Positions 1 through 7,839 are shown, counted from the first letter of the stretch. The stretch is DNA of 32,000 nt from Trichodesmium erythraeum IMS101 (GCF_000014265.1 NC_008312.1:2820001-2852000), one strand, 5' to 3'. The notes: a model not told the origin generated them from the sequence alone. A program made the numbers and translations.

Positions 1-1
1 A

Positions 2-1120
2 GGTGTTTTGGTACCTGATAAACTAACTAGGGGTTTTTTGCAGTTAGATGACCTTTCCCTTCATTTAACTATTGATTCTCCGTTGCAACGATCAGTACGA
101 GCTATTTTACAAAAACAGTTAGAAAAGTATGACGCCAAGCGGGGTACTGTCATAGTGATGGATGCTACTGATGGTTCTATATTATCTTTGGTCTCGGAAC
201 CTTCTTATAATCCTAATAAATACTATAATTATGATGTGACGTTGTTCAAAAATTGGGCTGTAACGGATGTTTATGAACCTGGTTCTACTTTTAAACCAAT
301 AAATGTGGCTTTGGCTTTGGAGGTAGGAGCAATTGAAGAAGATAGTGTATTTTATGATACAGGAAGGATCAGGTTTGATCGTTGGTCTATATTTAATTCT
401 GGTGGTGGCGGCGGCGCCCGAACTGTGACTCAAATTATTCAACATTCTAGTAATATCGGTATGGTTAAAATTGTTGAAGAAATGCCGCGCGCTGTTTTTT
501 ATGATGGTCTCAAACGTTTGGAACTAGATAGTATTACTGGTACGGATTTACCTTTTGAGGCTGCTAATATTTTGAAGGGTAGAAACCAGTTTTTAATGGT
601 GCCGGTGGAAGCAGCGACTACTGCTTTCGGTCAGGGGTTCTCTCTGACTCCTTTGAAGCTAGCACAGTTACATGCGGCTTTGGCAAATGGGGGAAAGTTG
701 GTGACGCCTCATGTTGTTCGTGGATTATTTGATAGTAAGAAGCAACCATATTGGCAGTTGCCAATGCGGGAACCTAAACAGGTTTTTTCTGTTGATACGA
801 CGAGAAAAGTTTTGGCAATGATGGAAAAGGTGGTTGAGAGTGGTACTGGTAAAAGGGCTAGACTACGTGGATATCGCATTGCTGGCAAAACTGGTACGGC
901 GCAAAAGGCTTCTGATACTGGAGGTTATTCTGATGATGCTCGAATTACTAGTTTTGTGGGTATTTTGCCAATGGAGTCTCCTCGTTATGTGGTTTTGGCT
1001 GTTATTGATGAGCCTATTAAGGGTACTGGGGGAAAGGTTGCTGCTCCTGTTGTTAAGTCGGTGATTAAGTCTTTGATTAATATTGAGCAAATTCCTCCTT
1101 CTTCTATTAGGTCTAAGTGA
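2..1120 (+). CDS. Class B penicillin-binding protein (FtsI/PBP2-type peptidoglycan transpeptidase), C-terminal part; the 5' end lies outside the window
   Basis: Frame is open from the window edge. Transpeptidase motifs occur in canonical order: SxxK (STFK), SxN (SSN), KTG (KTGTA). Confidence 0.85.
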   Translation, partial: GVLVPDKLTRGFLQLDDLSLHLTIDSPLQRSVRAILQKQLEKYDAKRGTVIVMDATDGSILSLVSEPSYNPNKYYNYDVTLFKNWAVTDVYEPGSTFKPINVALALEVGAIEEDSVFYDTGRIRFDRWSIFNSGGGGGARTVTQIIQHSSNIGMVKIVEEMPRAVFYDGLKRLELDSITGTDLPFEAANILKGRNQFLMVPVEAATTAFGQGFSLTPLKLAQLHAALANGGKLVTPHVVRGLFDSKKQPYWQLPMREPKQVFSVDTTRKVLAMMEKVVESGTGKRARLRGYRIAGKTGTAQKASDTGGYSDDARITSFVGILPMESPRYVVLAVIDEPIKGTGGKVAAPVVKSVIKSLINIEQIPPSSIRSK

Positions 1121-1553
1121 GGTTAAGGGTTGAATGTTAAGGTTTTTTAAAGGCTGTAGTAAAACTGCTATGTATTGAGTTATTATGATTACATTGATAT
1201 AAGTAATTCAAAAAACGAACCTAGGAATAGGAAAAAAATCAGTTGTTATTGCTAGCTTTTCTATGGCTTTTAGAATGTCTGCTTAATATGCTCAAGCAGC
1301 TGTTCTAAGTTTTGATTTTAATAGCGGATCAAGTAATTCATCTGGAGGTGACTTGGTTTTTAGGGAAACTAATGGATTTCAAGTGACTTTTTCAGATGAT
1401 CACTCAAATGGATATTCTGGGGGTAATGCTGACTGAGTACATGTTACAAATAGAGGTTATGGCAATGTTAAAGTTGGTCATCCAACGCTGACCTCAACTA
1501 TTTTGGGGGTTAATTTTTTTTGGTTTCATTGCTGTGAGTTGGGGCGGTAATTT

Positions 1554-1579
1554 GTTTGGTTTCGTTCTTCAACCCCAAC
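1554..1579. repeat. Short hairpin repeat of the TTGGGTTTCGTTCCTCAACCCAAC type, copy 1
   Basis: GTTTGGTTTCGTTCTTCAACCCCAAC, immediately 3' of the NACHT gene stop. The arms GTTTGGTT and AACCCCAAC can pair. Confidence 0.5.
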
Positions 1580-1587
1580 AACTTTTA

Positions 1588-4500
1588 CTAACTAAAGGTT
1601 ATTCCTCCTCCTCCTTCTATCTTGTCAATAAAGACTTGATTTTTAACGTCTCCACCAGCGGCATTACCTTGTTGTACTGTTATTGCGTTGCGAATATTCT
1701 CTTGTGCTTCTAGTTGTATTTTTTCCTTTCCCTCTGCGGGTAAACCTTTGCCTCCACGCAATAATGCTACGGGAAAATCTTCTGTTTGGGAAAAGTCGAA
1801 TATGGGGGTTTGTTCTCCCCCTTGTTGTTGAGCGCTTTGGGGAACGGTTTTTCCTACATGGTGCATTAGGTTGGAAAGGGTGACATATTTGTCTCCTGGT
1901 TTGTTGTCTCCACCTTGTAATGCTTCGAGAAGGTGGTATGTGTAGATGCTCATTGTTTGATCTGAGCGGATCCATGATAACTGGTATCCTGTGGATGAGG
2001 TGAATACTGCCCGTCCTGTTCCTTTTTTTAGGTCTTCTATTAGGTTTTTGGGGAGGGCGGTTTGACTGAAGTTTTCGGGTAAGTCTAGTTGGTCTGTTTC
2101 TTTGGCGGTTGCCATTCCTTGGGCGTGACAACTATCTATAATTACTAATAGTTTTTGGGCGGATATTTCCTGGAGGGCGTTGTTAAAGTCTGTTGCTGGT
2201 AATGCTGTTTTTTGTGTTTTTTGTAGTTTTATGGGGCTGGTGTCGTGGGGGATTAAATAATATTTTTCGGTTGATTTATCTAGCCAACCATGACCGGAAT
2301 AATAGACTAATATTGTTGCTTCTGGGTCGTTTTTTGCTTGTTCTTGGAGCCAGTTTATGTTGTTTAAAATGTTTTGTTTTGTTGCTTGTTCGTTGCATAG
2401 TAGGCGGAGATGATTTTCGTCGTCTATGTAACTGCAGAGGTCGGGGTTTGTGAGGAATGATTTGATTGCTTGAACGTCTTTGACTGTGACGGGGAGTGAC
2501 CAGTCGGGGTATTTGTAGTCGCCGACTCCTATTAGTAGGGCGTAGTTGTGAGAAAGTGATTTAGACATGGGTATTTTGGGGGTTGGTTTGTAGTATTGGA
2601 GCCGTTGTTGGATGGTTTGAATAATTTTGATAATTTTATATAAATCTTGTTTTACAAAACTATCATTTTGTAGTTTTTTTGTCAACTTAATAATTGTGTT
2701 TTCTGAACCTATTTTACCCAGAGCTTCTGCTACATGGTCGCGCACCCAATAGTCTGAGTCTTTTAGGAGTGGAATTAATTGTTCAATTGCTTTTTCCGAA
2801 CCTATTTCACCCAGAACATATGCTGCTCTCGAACGCACAAAAGAGTCTGAGTCTTTGAGGAGTGGAATTAATCCCTCAATTGCTTTTTCCGAACCTATTT
2901 CACCCAGAGCATATGCTGCATTGCGACGCACATTAGGGTCTGAGTCTTTGAGGAGTGGAATTAATTGCTCAATTGCTTTTTCCGAACCTATTTTACCCAG
3001 AGCTTCTGCTGCAGTATAACGCACATTAGGGTCTGAGTCTTTGAGGAGTGGAATTAATTGCTCAATTGCTTTTTCCGAACCTATTTTACCCAGAGCTTCT
3101 GCTGCAGTATAACGCACATTAGGGTCTGAGTATTTTAGGAGTGGAATTAATTGCTCAATTACTGTTTCCGAACCTATTTCACCCAGAGCTTCTGCTGCAT
3201 TGCGACGCACATTAGGGTCTGAGTCTTTGAGGAGTGGAATTAATTGCTCAATTGCTTTTTCCGAACCTATTTTACCCAGAGCTTCTGCTGCAGTATAACG
3301 CACAAATTCGTCTGAGTCTTTTAGGAGTGGAATTAATCCCTCAATTGCTTTTTCCGAACCTATTTTACCCAGAGCTTCTGCTGCAGAAAAATTCACAGAA
3401 GAGTTTGAGTCTTTTAGGAGTGGAATTAATTGCTCAATTGCTTTTTCCGAACCTATTTCACCCAGAACATATACTGCACTATAACGCACAAATTCGTCTG
3501 AGTCTTTTAGGAGTGGAATTAATCCCTCAATTGCTTTTTCCGAACCTATTTTACCCAGAACATATACTGCTCTCGAACGCACAGAAGAGTCTGAGTCTTT
3601 GAGGAGTGGAATTAATTGCTCAATTGCTTTTTCCGAACCTATTTTACCCAGAGCCTCTGCTGCAGCATAACGCACATATTCATCTGAGTCTTTTAGGAGT
3701 GGAATTAATTGCTCAATTGCTTTTTCCGAACCTATTTGACTCAGAGCAGATCGTGCAGAAAAATTCACATTAGGGTCTGAGTCTTTTAGGAGTGGAATTA
3801 ATCCCTCAATTGCTTTTTCCGAATCTATTTTACCCAGAGCCTCTGCTGCAGCATAACGCACAAAAGAGTCTGAGTCTTTGAGGAGTGGAATTAATCCCTC
3901 AATTGCTTTTTGCGAACCTATTTTACCCATGGCATTTGCTGCACTCCAACACACAAAAGAGTCTGAGTCTTTGAGGAGTGGAATTAATCCCTCAATTGCA
4001 GTTTCCGAACCTATTTCACCCAGAGCATATGCTGCACTCCAACGCACATATTCATCTGAGTCTTTTAGGAGCGGAATTAATTCCTCAATTGCTTTTTCCG
4101 AAGCTATTTTACCCAGAGCATGTGCTGCACTCCCACGCATATACTTGTCTGAGTGTTCTAGAAATTGAACCAACCTCGGAACAGTAACCTCCGACATCGT
4201 TAACCCAGCCAACACAACCTTCGCCAACCCAGGCAACTCCAACCCATCAACCTCAGCAAACGCCGCTTCCTGAAACTTCTCTTTTACCTCACCCACCAAC
4301 CTCGCCCCCAAAAACCAATCTACCTCCAACGCCAGCCTTACCACCCGCACCGCTAACACCTCATCCTCAACCAACCCCAACATCAACGCCACCACTTCCG
4401 TCCACTTCAAATAATTCAAATAATCCCACTGCAACTCATAGTCACTCAAACCAGACAACTGCGACGACAACCTTTCCGCCGCATAATACTCCTGCAACAA

Positions 4501-5619
4501 CTGATGGCGAAACGAAATCTGACCATCATCTCCCACCTGGATCAAATGATACTCCAACAGATCCTCCAACCAACCCATGGCACAGTCAGTCGGAGCCACC
4601 ACCTGCCCTCGCAAAAAGTCCGCCAATACATCTTCAGCCTTTTTCCGAGGAATAGCAACCATCATCTCAGTTTTCGACCCCCCAGTTGTCATCACCCACG
4701 CCAACTCCTGCAATAACCGATCCCACCAACGCCGAGAACTTTCATCAACCAGAACATCCTGCTTAATACGACCACTATAAGTCTGAGTAAAACCACGAAA
4801 TACCAACCCCAGATGAGCAGGTATGACCTTGTTATAGTCAAACACCGAACACAACATCAACAAAAACATCGGAGTTTCCCCCAACTCCCGCAACCTCCCC
4901 TGTAACTGTCCCCACAAATTTTCACCCTGTTCCGGCAAATAAGCACAGACAAAATCCTGCATTTGAGATTCTGTCAGGGGCTGCATTTCCAGCTTTTTCT
5001 CAATCCGCAAGTCTCCCCCCAGACTCAAATCTCGGGTCGAAAACACCATAGCAGTTTCTGGGTAGTCTTGCCGGAACATTCTCACCTGTTGTCGCGCCTC
5101 CTCCGACGCCATCTCATTAAACCCATCAAATAGCAGCAAAAATTTACCTTGAAGCAGCAAACTTTTCAGAGTCTCTTCATCTATATATGTATTGTGGTTG
5201 TGCTTATCAATAAAAGCTTGAATTCTCGAAAGTACAGAAGATTTACTGTAGCGCAATTCTATGAGAATAGGAATTTGGCCATTTTCCCCAGACCAGACCT
5301 TATGTGCCTCCTCCAACAACAACCTGGCCAAAGCAGTAGATTTTCCCGACCCCGGTCTTCCCACCAATAAAACATGATTAGCCGCATATTTCCGTAAACC
5401 CTCCAAAACCGTCAACCGTTCAATTTTCTCTTGTGGGTCTTTCCCCTGCTTTTCCTCCGACTTAACCCTTTGTACCATCAAACCCAAATCGAAAGAAGGA
5501 AAAATATTTTGCCCTTGCTCATGGGGCTTTTTTCCCGCCACATCCGTCAGAGTATAAACCTCCCACCAACGGTCATACTCTCGGCAAACTGATTCTAGAT
5601 AGGGCCCCCAATTGATCAT
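1588..5619 (-). CDS. Multidomain STAND protein: NACHT NTPase + 16 HEAT repeats + caspase-fold peptidase C14 (orthocaspase) + G/N/Q-rich tail (1343 aa)
   Basis: Uninterrupted 4 kb ORF. NACHT motifs: Walker A GRPGSGKST (aa 87-95), Walker B LLLFDGFNE (D165), STR sensor, ETPMFLLMLC, winged-helix FRHQLLQEYYAA. The 31-aa unit AIExLIPLLKDSDxxVRxxAAxALGxIGSEK occurs 16 times. Caspase dyad: YYSGHG (H1110) and DSCHAQG (C1164). Confidence 0.9.
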   Translation of the reverse strand: MINWGPYLESVCREYDRWWEVYTLTDVAGKKPHEQGQNIFPSFDLGLMVQRVKSEEKQGKDPQEKIERLTVLEGLRKYAANHVLLVGRPGSGKSTALARLLLEEAHKVWSGENGQIPILIELRYSKSSVLSRIQAFIDKHNHNTYIDEETLKSLLLQGKFLLLFDGFNEMASEEARQQVRMFRQDYPETAMVFSTRDLSLGGDLRIEKKLEMQPLTESQMQDFVCAYLPEQGENLWGQLQGRLRELGETPMFLLMLCSVFDYNKVIPAHLGLVFRGFTQTYSGRIKQDVLVDESSRRWWDRLLQELAWVMTTGGSKTEMMVAIPRKKAEDVLADFLRGQVVAPTDCAMGWLEDLLEYHLIQVGDDGQISFRHQLLQEYYAAERLSSQLSGLSDYELQWDYLNYLKWTEVVALMLGLVEDEVLAVRVVRLALEVDWFLGARLVGEVKEKFQEAAFAEVDGLELPGLAKVVLAGLTMSEVTVPRLVQFLEHSDKYMRGSAAHALGKIASEKAIEELIPLLKDSDEYVRWSAAYALGEIGSETAIEGLIPLLKDSDSFVCWSAANAMGKIGSQKAIEGLIPLLKDSDSFVRYAAAEALGKIDSEKAIEGLIPLLKDSDPNVNFSARSALSQIGSEKAIEQLIPLLKDSDEYVRYAAAEALGKIGSEKAIEQLIPLLKDSDSSVRSRAVYVLGKIGSEKAIEGLIPLLKDSDEFVRYSAVYVLGEIGSEKAIEQLIPLLKDSNSSVNFSAAEALGKIGSEKAIEGLIPLLKDSDEFVRYTAAEALGKIGSEKAIEQLIPLLKDSDPNVRRNAAEALGEIGSETVIEQLIPLLKYSDPNVRYTAAEALGKIGSEKAIEQLIPLLKDSDPNVRYTAAEALGKIGSEKAIEQLIPLLKDSDPNVRRNAAYALGEIGSEKAIEGLIPLLKDSDSFVRSRAAYVLGEIGSEKAIEQLIPLLKDSDYWVRDHVAEALGKIGSENTIIKLTKKLQNDSFVKQDLYKIIKIIQTIQQRLQYYKPTPKIPMSKSLSHNYALLIGVGDYKYPDWSLPVTVKDVQAIKSFLTNPDLCSYIDDENHLRLLCNEQATKQNILNNINWLQEQAKNDPEATILVYYSGHGWLDKSTEKYYLIPHDTSPIKLQKTQKTALPATDFNNALQEISAQKLLVIIDSCHAQGMATAKETDQLDLPENFSQTALPKNLIEDLKKGTGRAVFTSSTGYQLSWIRSDQTMSIYTYHLLEALQGGDNKPGDKYVTLSNLMHHVGKTVPQSAQQQGGEQTPIFDFSQTEDFPVALLRGGKGLPAEGKEKIQLEAQENIRNAITVQQGNAAGGDVKNQVFIDKIEGGGGITFS
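1750..2568 (-). other. Caspase-fold peptidase C14 domain (about aa 1018-1290)
   Basis: Begins HNYALLIGVGDYKY. The catalytic His codon is at nt 2290-2292 (YYSGHG) and the catalytic Cys codon at nt 2128-2130 (DSCHAQG). A p10-like segment FTSSTGYQLSW..YTYHLLEALQGG follows. Confidence 0.85.
2698..4182 (-). repeat. In-frame tandem array of 16 x 93 bp encoding PBS-lyase/HEAT-like repeats (aa 480-974)
   Basis: Strict 93-nt periodicity. Nt 2941-3033 and 3034-3126 are identical base for base. The array creates spurious repeat-derived ORFs on the opposite strand (3234-3602, 3878-4168, 3978-4187). Confidence 0.9.
4465..5382 (-). other. NACHT/STAND NTPase module (about aa 80-385) of the 1343-aa protein
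   Basis: Walker A lies at nt 5335-5361. The Walker B Asp codon (D165) is at nt 5125-5127. The winged-helix-like FRHQLLQEYYAA follows. Domain boundaries are approximate. Confidence 0.8.
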
Positions 5620-5620
5620 A

Positions 5621-5655
5621 TTTAGAATTTAGAAGTTAAAAGTTAGAAGTTTAGA
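5621..5655. repeat. Heptameric STRR-like tract (TTTAGAA TTTAGAA GTTAAAA GTTAGAA GTTTAGA)
   Basis: 7-nt periodicity read directly. It lies in the divergent spacer between the NACHT gene and bioD. Confidence 0.7.
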
Positions 5656-5712
5656 CCTTAATTTTAACCTTTCATCCAGACTACTGCCGGAGTTAACCAA
5701 AATCCAATAATA

Positions 5713-6447
5713 TTGAATAATTATCAATCAAATCTTCCGATAAACACCTTGAAAGAACTTTTAATTACTGGAACTGATACTGACGCAGGCAAAACAATAT
5801 TGACCATCGCTCTTGCTGCTTACTGGCAAACTTACTACAAAAACCAGAAGTTAGCCCTGTTTAAACCTATTCAAACTGGTATTGGCGATCGCGAACTCTA
5901 CACCCAACTATTTTCCCTCGAACAATCTCTTGACGAAATCAACCCTTTATGGTATAAGACACCAGTTGCACCACCCGTAGCATCAGAAAAAGAAGGTCGT
6001 CTAATACAATTAGACAAAATATGGTCAACTTTTACAACCTTGCGAGAGCAAAAAGATTTTGTATTAGTTGAAGGTTTAGGAGGGCTGGGTTCCCCTGTAA
6101 CTAAGGAACTCACCGTAGCAGATATAGCTAGAGATTGGGATTTACCCACTATTTTAGTAGTACCAATTAAGTTAGGAGCGATCGCTCAAACTGTAGCAAA
6201 CGTTGCCCTAGCCCGTCAGATGAAAGTTAACCTCCGAGGCATTATCCTCAACTGTATCAAACCCTGCTCAGAACAAGAAATAGCTGACTGGACTCCAGTT
6301 GACTTAATTGAATCCTTAACTCAAATGCAAGTTTGCGGTATTATACCACACTTAAAAGACATTACCGACTTAGATAAATTAGCAAAAGCAGCTTCTAACC
6401 TAGACTTAGAGAAATTTCTGCCAGTAGTGTCAAAAGTTAAAAGTTAA
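5713..6447 (+). CDS. bioD: Dethiobiotin synthetase
   Basis: P-loop ITGTDTDAGKT is typical of BioD, followed by VEGLGGLGSP. The 5713 start is a TTG from the longest ORF. An in-frame TTG at 5749 (giving MKELLITGTDT) would give a more typical N-terminus. Confidence 0.8.
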   Translation: MNNYQSNLPINTLKELLITGTDTDAGKTILTIALAAYWQTYYKNQKLALFKPIQTGIGDRELYTQLFSLEQSLDEINPLWYKTPVAPPVASEKEGRLIQLDKIWSTFTTLREQKDFVLVEGLGGLGSPVTKELTVADIARDWDLPTILVVPIKLGAIAQTVANVALARQMKVNLRGIILNCIKPCSEQEIADWTPVDLIESLTQMQVCGIIPHLKDITDLDKLAKAASNLDLEKFLPVVSKVKS

Positions 6448-6493
6448 AAGTCAAAAGCCAGAAACTAAAAGTTAAAAGTTAAAAGTTAAATTT
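6431..6493. repeat. Heptameric STRR-like tract, 9 units of (T/C)AAAAGT type
   Basis: CAAAAGT TAAAAGT TAAAAGT CAAAAGC CAGAAAC TAAAAGT TAAAAGT TAAAAGT TAAATTT. It overlaps the last codons and the stop of bioD. Confidence 0.8.
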
Positions 6494-6574
6494 TTAATTA
6501 CTAAGAACTGACCCACAACCACCATATCTATTAGGGACATTAGGAATTTGGCCTCTCAAACCCTCAAAAGAAAG

Positions 6575-6609
6575 AAGTTAGAATTTAGAAATCAGGAGTT
6601 AAATTCTTA
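6575..6609. repeat. Heptameric STRR-like tract upstream of the M20 gene
   Basis: AAGTTAG AATTTAG AAATCAG GAGTTAA ATTCTTA. Confidence 0.55.
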
Positions 6610-6621
6610 ATTATCAAAAAC

Positions 6622-7839
6622 ATGGTCTCAACTATTCCCAACTCAAATTCCCTTATCGAGTCTCAACTGCGCCCAGAGATTAGAAAAATGCAACCTCTAT
6701 TAGTTGAGTGGCGACGACATTTGCATCAAAGACCAGAATTAGGTTTCAAAGAACACTTAACAGCAAAATTTATTGCTCAAAAATTACAAGAGTGGGGCAT
6801 CGAACATCAAACAGGAATTGCTAACACAGGAATAGTTGCAACTATTAACAGCAATAAACCAGGACGGGTACTAGCTATTAGAGCCGACCTAGACGCACTA
6901 CCAATACAAGAATTAAACGACGTCCCATATAGATCCATACATAATGGTGTAATGCACGCCTGTGGCCATGATGGACATACAGCGATCGCCCTGGGTACTG
7001 CCCACTATCTCGCTACTCATCCTGAAAATTTTAGTGGCATAGTAAAAATAATCTTCCAACCTGCCGAAGAAGGACCAGGAGGATCCAAACCAATGATCGA
7101 AGCAGGAGTACTAAAAAACCCTGATGTAGATGCCATAATTGGTTTGCACCTATGGAATAATCTCCCCCTAGGCACATTAGGAGTCCGCAGTGGTGCTCTT
7201 ATGGCAGCCAGCGAAAGATTTAATTGCACAATTTTAGGGAAAGGTGGCCATGGAGCCATGCCACATCAAACAATAGATTCTATTGTAGTAGCAGCACAAG
7301 TTATTAATGCATTACAAACAATAGTATCTCGGAATATTAGTCCTATAGACTCAGCAGTTGTAACTATAGGTCAGTTGAACGCAGGTAGAGCATTTAATGT
7401 TATAGCTAATACTGCTAGAATGGCTGGTACAGTGCGCTATTTTAATTTAGATTATCAAAATTATTTTAGTAAACAAATGGAGCAAATAATTTCTGGAATT
7501 TGCGCAAGCTATGGAGCTAATTATGAGTTGAATTATCAACCACTTTATCCCCCATTAATTAACAACCCAAAAGTTACAGATATAGTTAGAAGTGTTGCGG
7601 AATTAATAGTAGAAACTCCTGCCGGTGTCATACCAGAATGTCAAACCATGGGAGCAGAAGATATGTCATTTTTCTTACAAGAAGTACCCGGTTGTTATTT
7701 CTTTTTAGGCTCTGCAAATTCTGAAAAAGGTTTAGCTTATCCTCACCATCATCCTAGATTTGACTTTGATGAAACAGCTTTAGGAATAGGAGTAGAAATG
7801 TTTATCCGTTGTACAGAAAAGTTTAGTATTCAGGAATAA
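6622..7839 (+). CDS. Peptidase M20D family amidohydrolase (N-acyl-amino-acid / hippurate hydrolase-like)
   Basis: 405 aa with an ATG start. Metal-binding motif MHACGHDGH, plus PAEEGPGG and a dimerisation-domain-sized insert. Confidence 0.8.
   Translation: MVSTIPNSNSLIESQLRPEIRKMQPLLVEWRRHLHQRPELGFKEHLTAKFIAQKLQEWGIEHQTGIANTGIVATINSNKPGRVLAIRADLDALPIQELNDVPYRSIHNGVMHACGHDGHTAIALGTAHYLATHPENFSGIVKIIFQPAEEGPGGSKPMIEAGVLKNPDVDAIIGLHLWNNLPLGTLGVRSGALMAASERFNCTILGKGGHGAMPHQTIDSIVVAAQVINALQTIVSRNISPIDSAVVTIGQLNAGRAFNVIANTARMAGTVRYFNLDYQNYFSKQMEQIISGICASYGANYELNYQPLYPPLINNPKVTDIVRSVAELIVETPAGVIPECQTMGAEDMSFFLQEVPGCYFFLGSANSEKGLAYPHHHPRFDFDETALGIGVEMFIRCTEKFSIQE

Noticed and set aside
1121-1587. A possible remnant of a secreted or PEP-CTERM-like protein (..SGGDLVFRETNGFQVTFSDDHSNGYSGGNAD* and ..VGHPTLTSTILGVNFFWF..) lies in the convergent spacer.
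   Set aside because: There are only short broken frames and the resemblance to a PEP-CTERM anchor is weak, so I cannot support it without a profile search.
2698-4182. The regular 93-bp repeat array could superficially resemble a CRISPR or satellite array.
   Set aside because: There are no unique spacers. The period is a multiple of 3 and sits in frame within a long ORF, and the units encode a canonical HEAT-like helix pair. It is therefore a coding repeat.
1664-5370. Track ORFs overlap the NACHT-caspase gene: 1664-2131 in another minus-strand frame, and plus-strand 1683-1883, 2193-2453, 3234-3602, 3878-4168, 3978-4187, 4504-4716, 4577-4780 and 5149-5370.
   Set aside because: Their translations are low-complexity or repeat-derived (for example LLFPNLFYPELLL iterated). 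They lie wholly inside a 4-kb ORF with clear domains, so they are by-products of skewed composition and the repeats.
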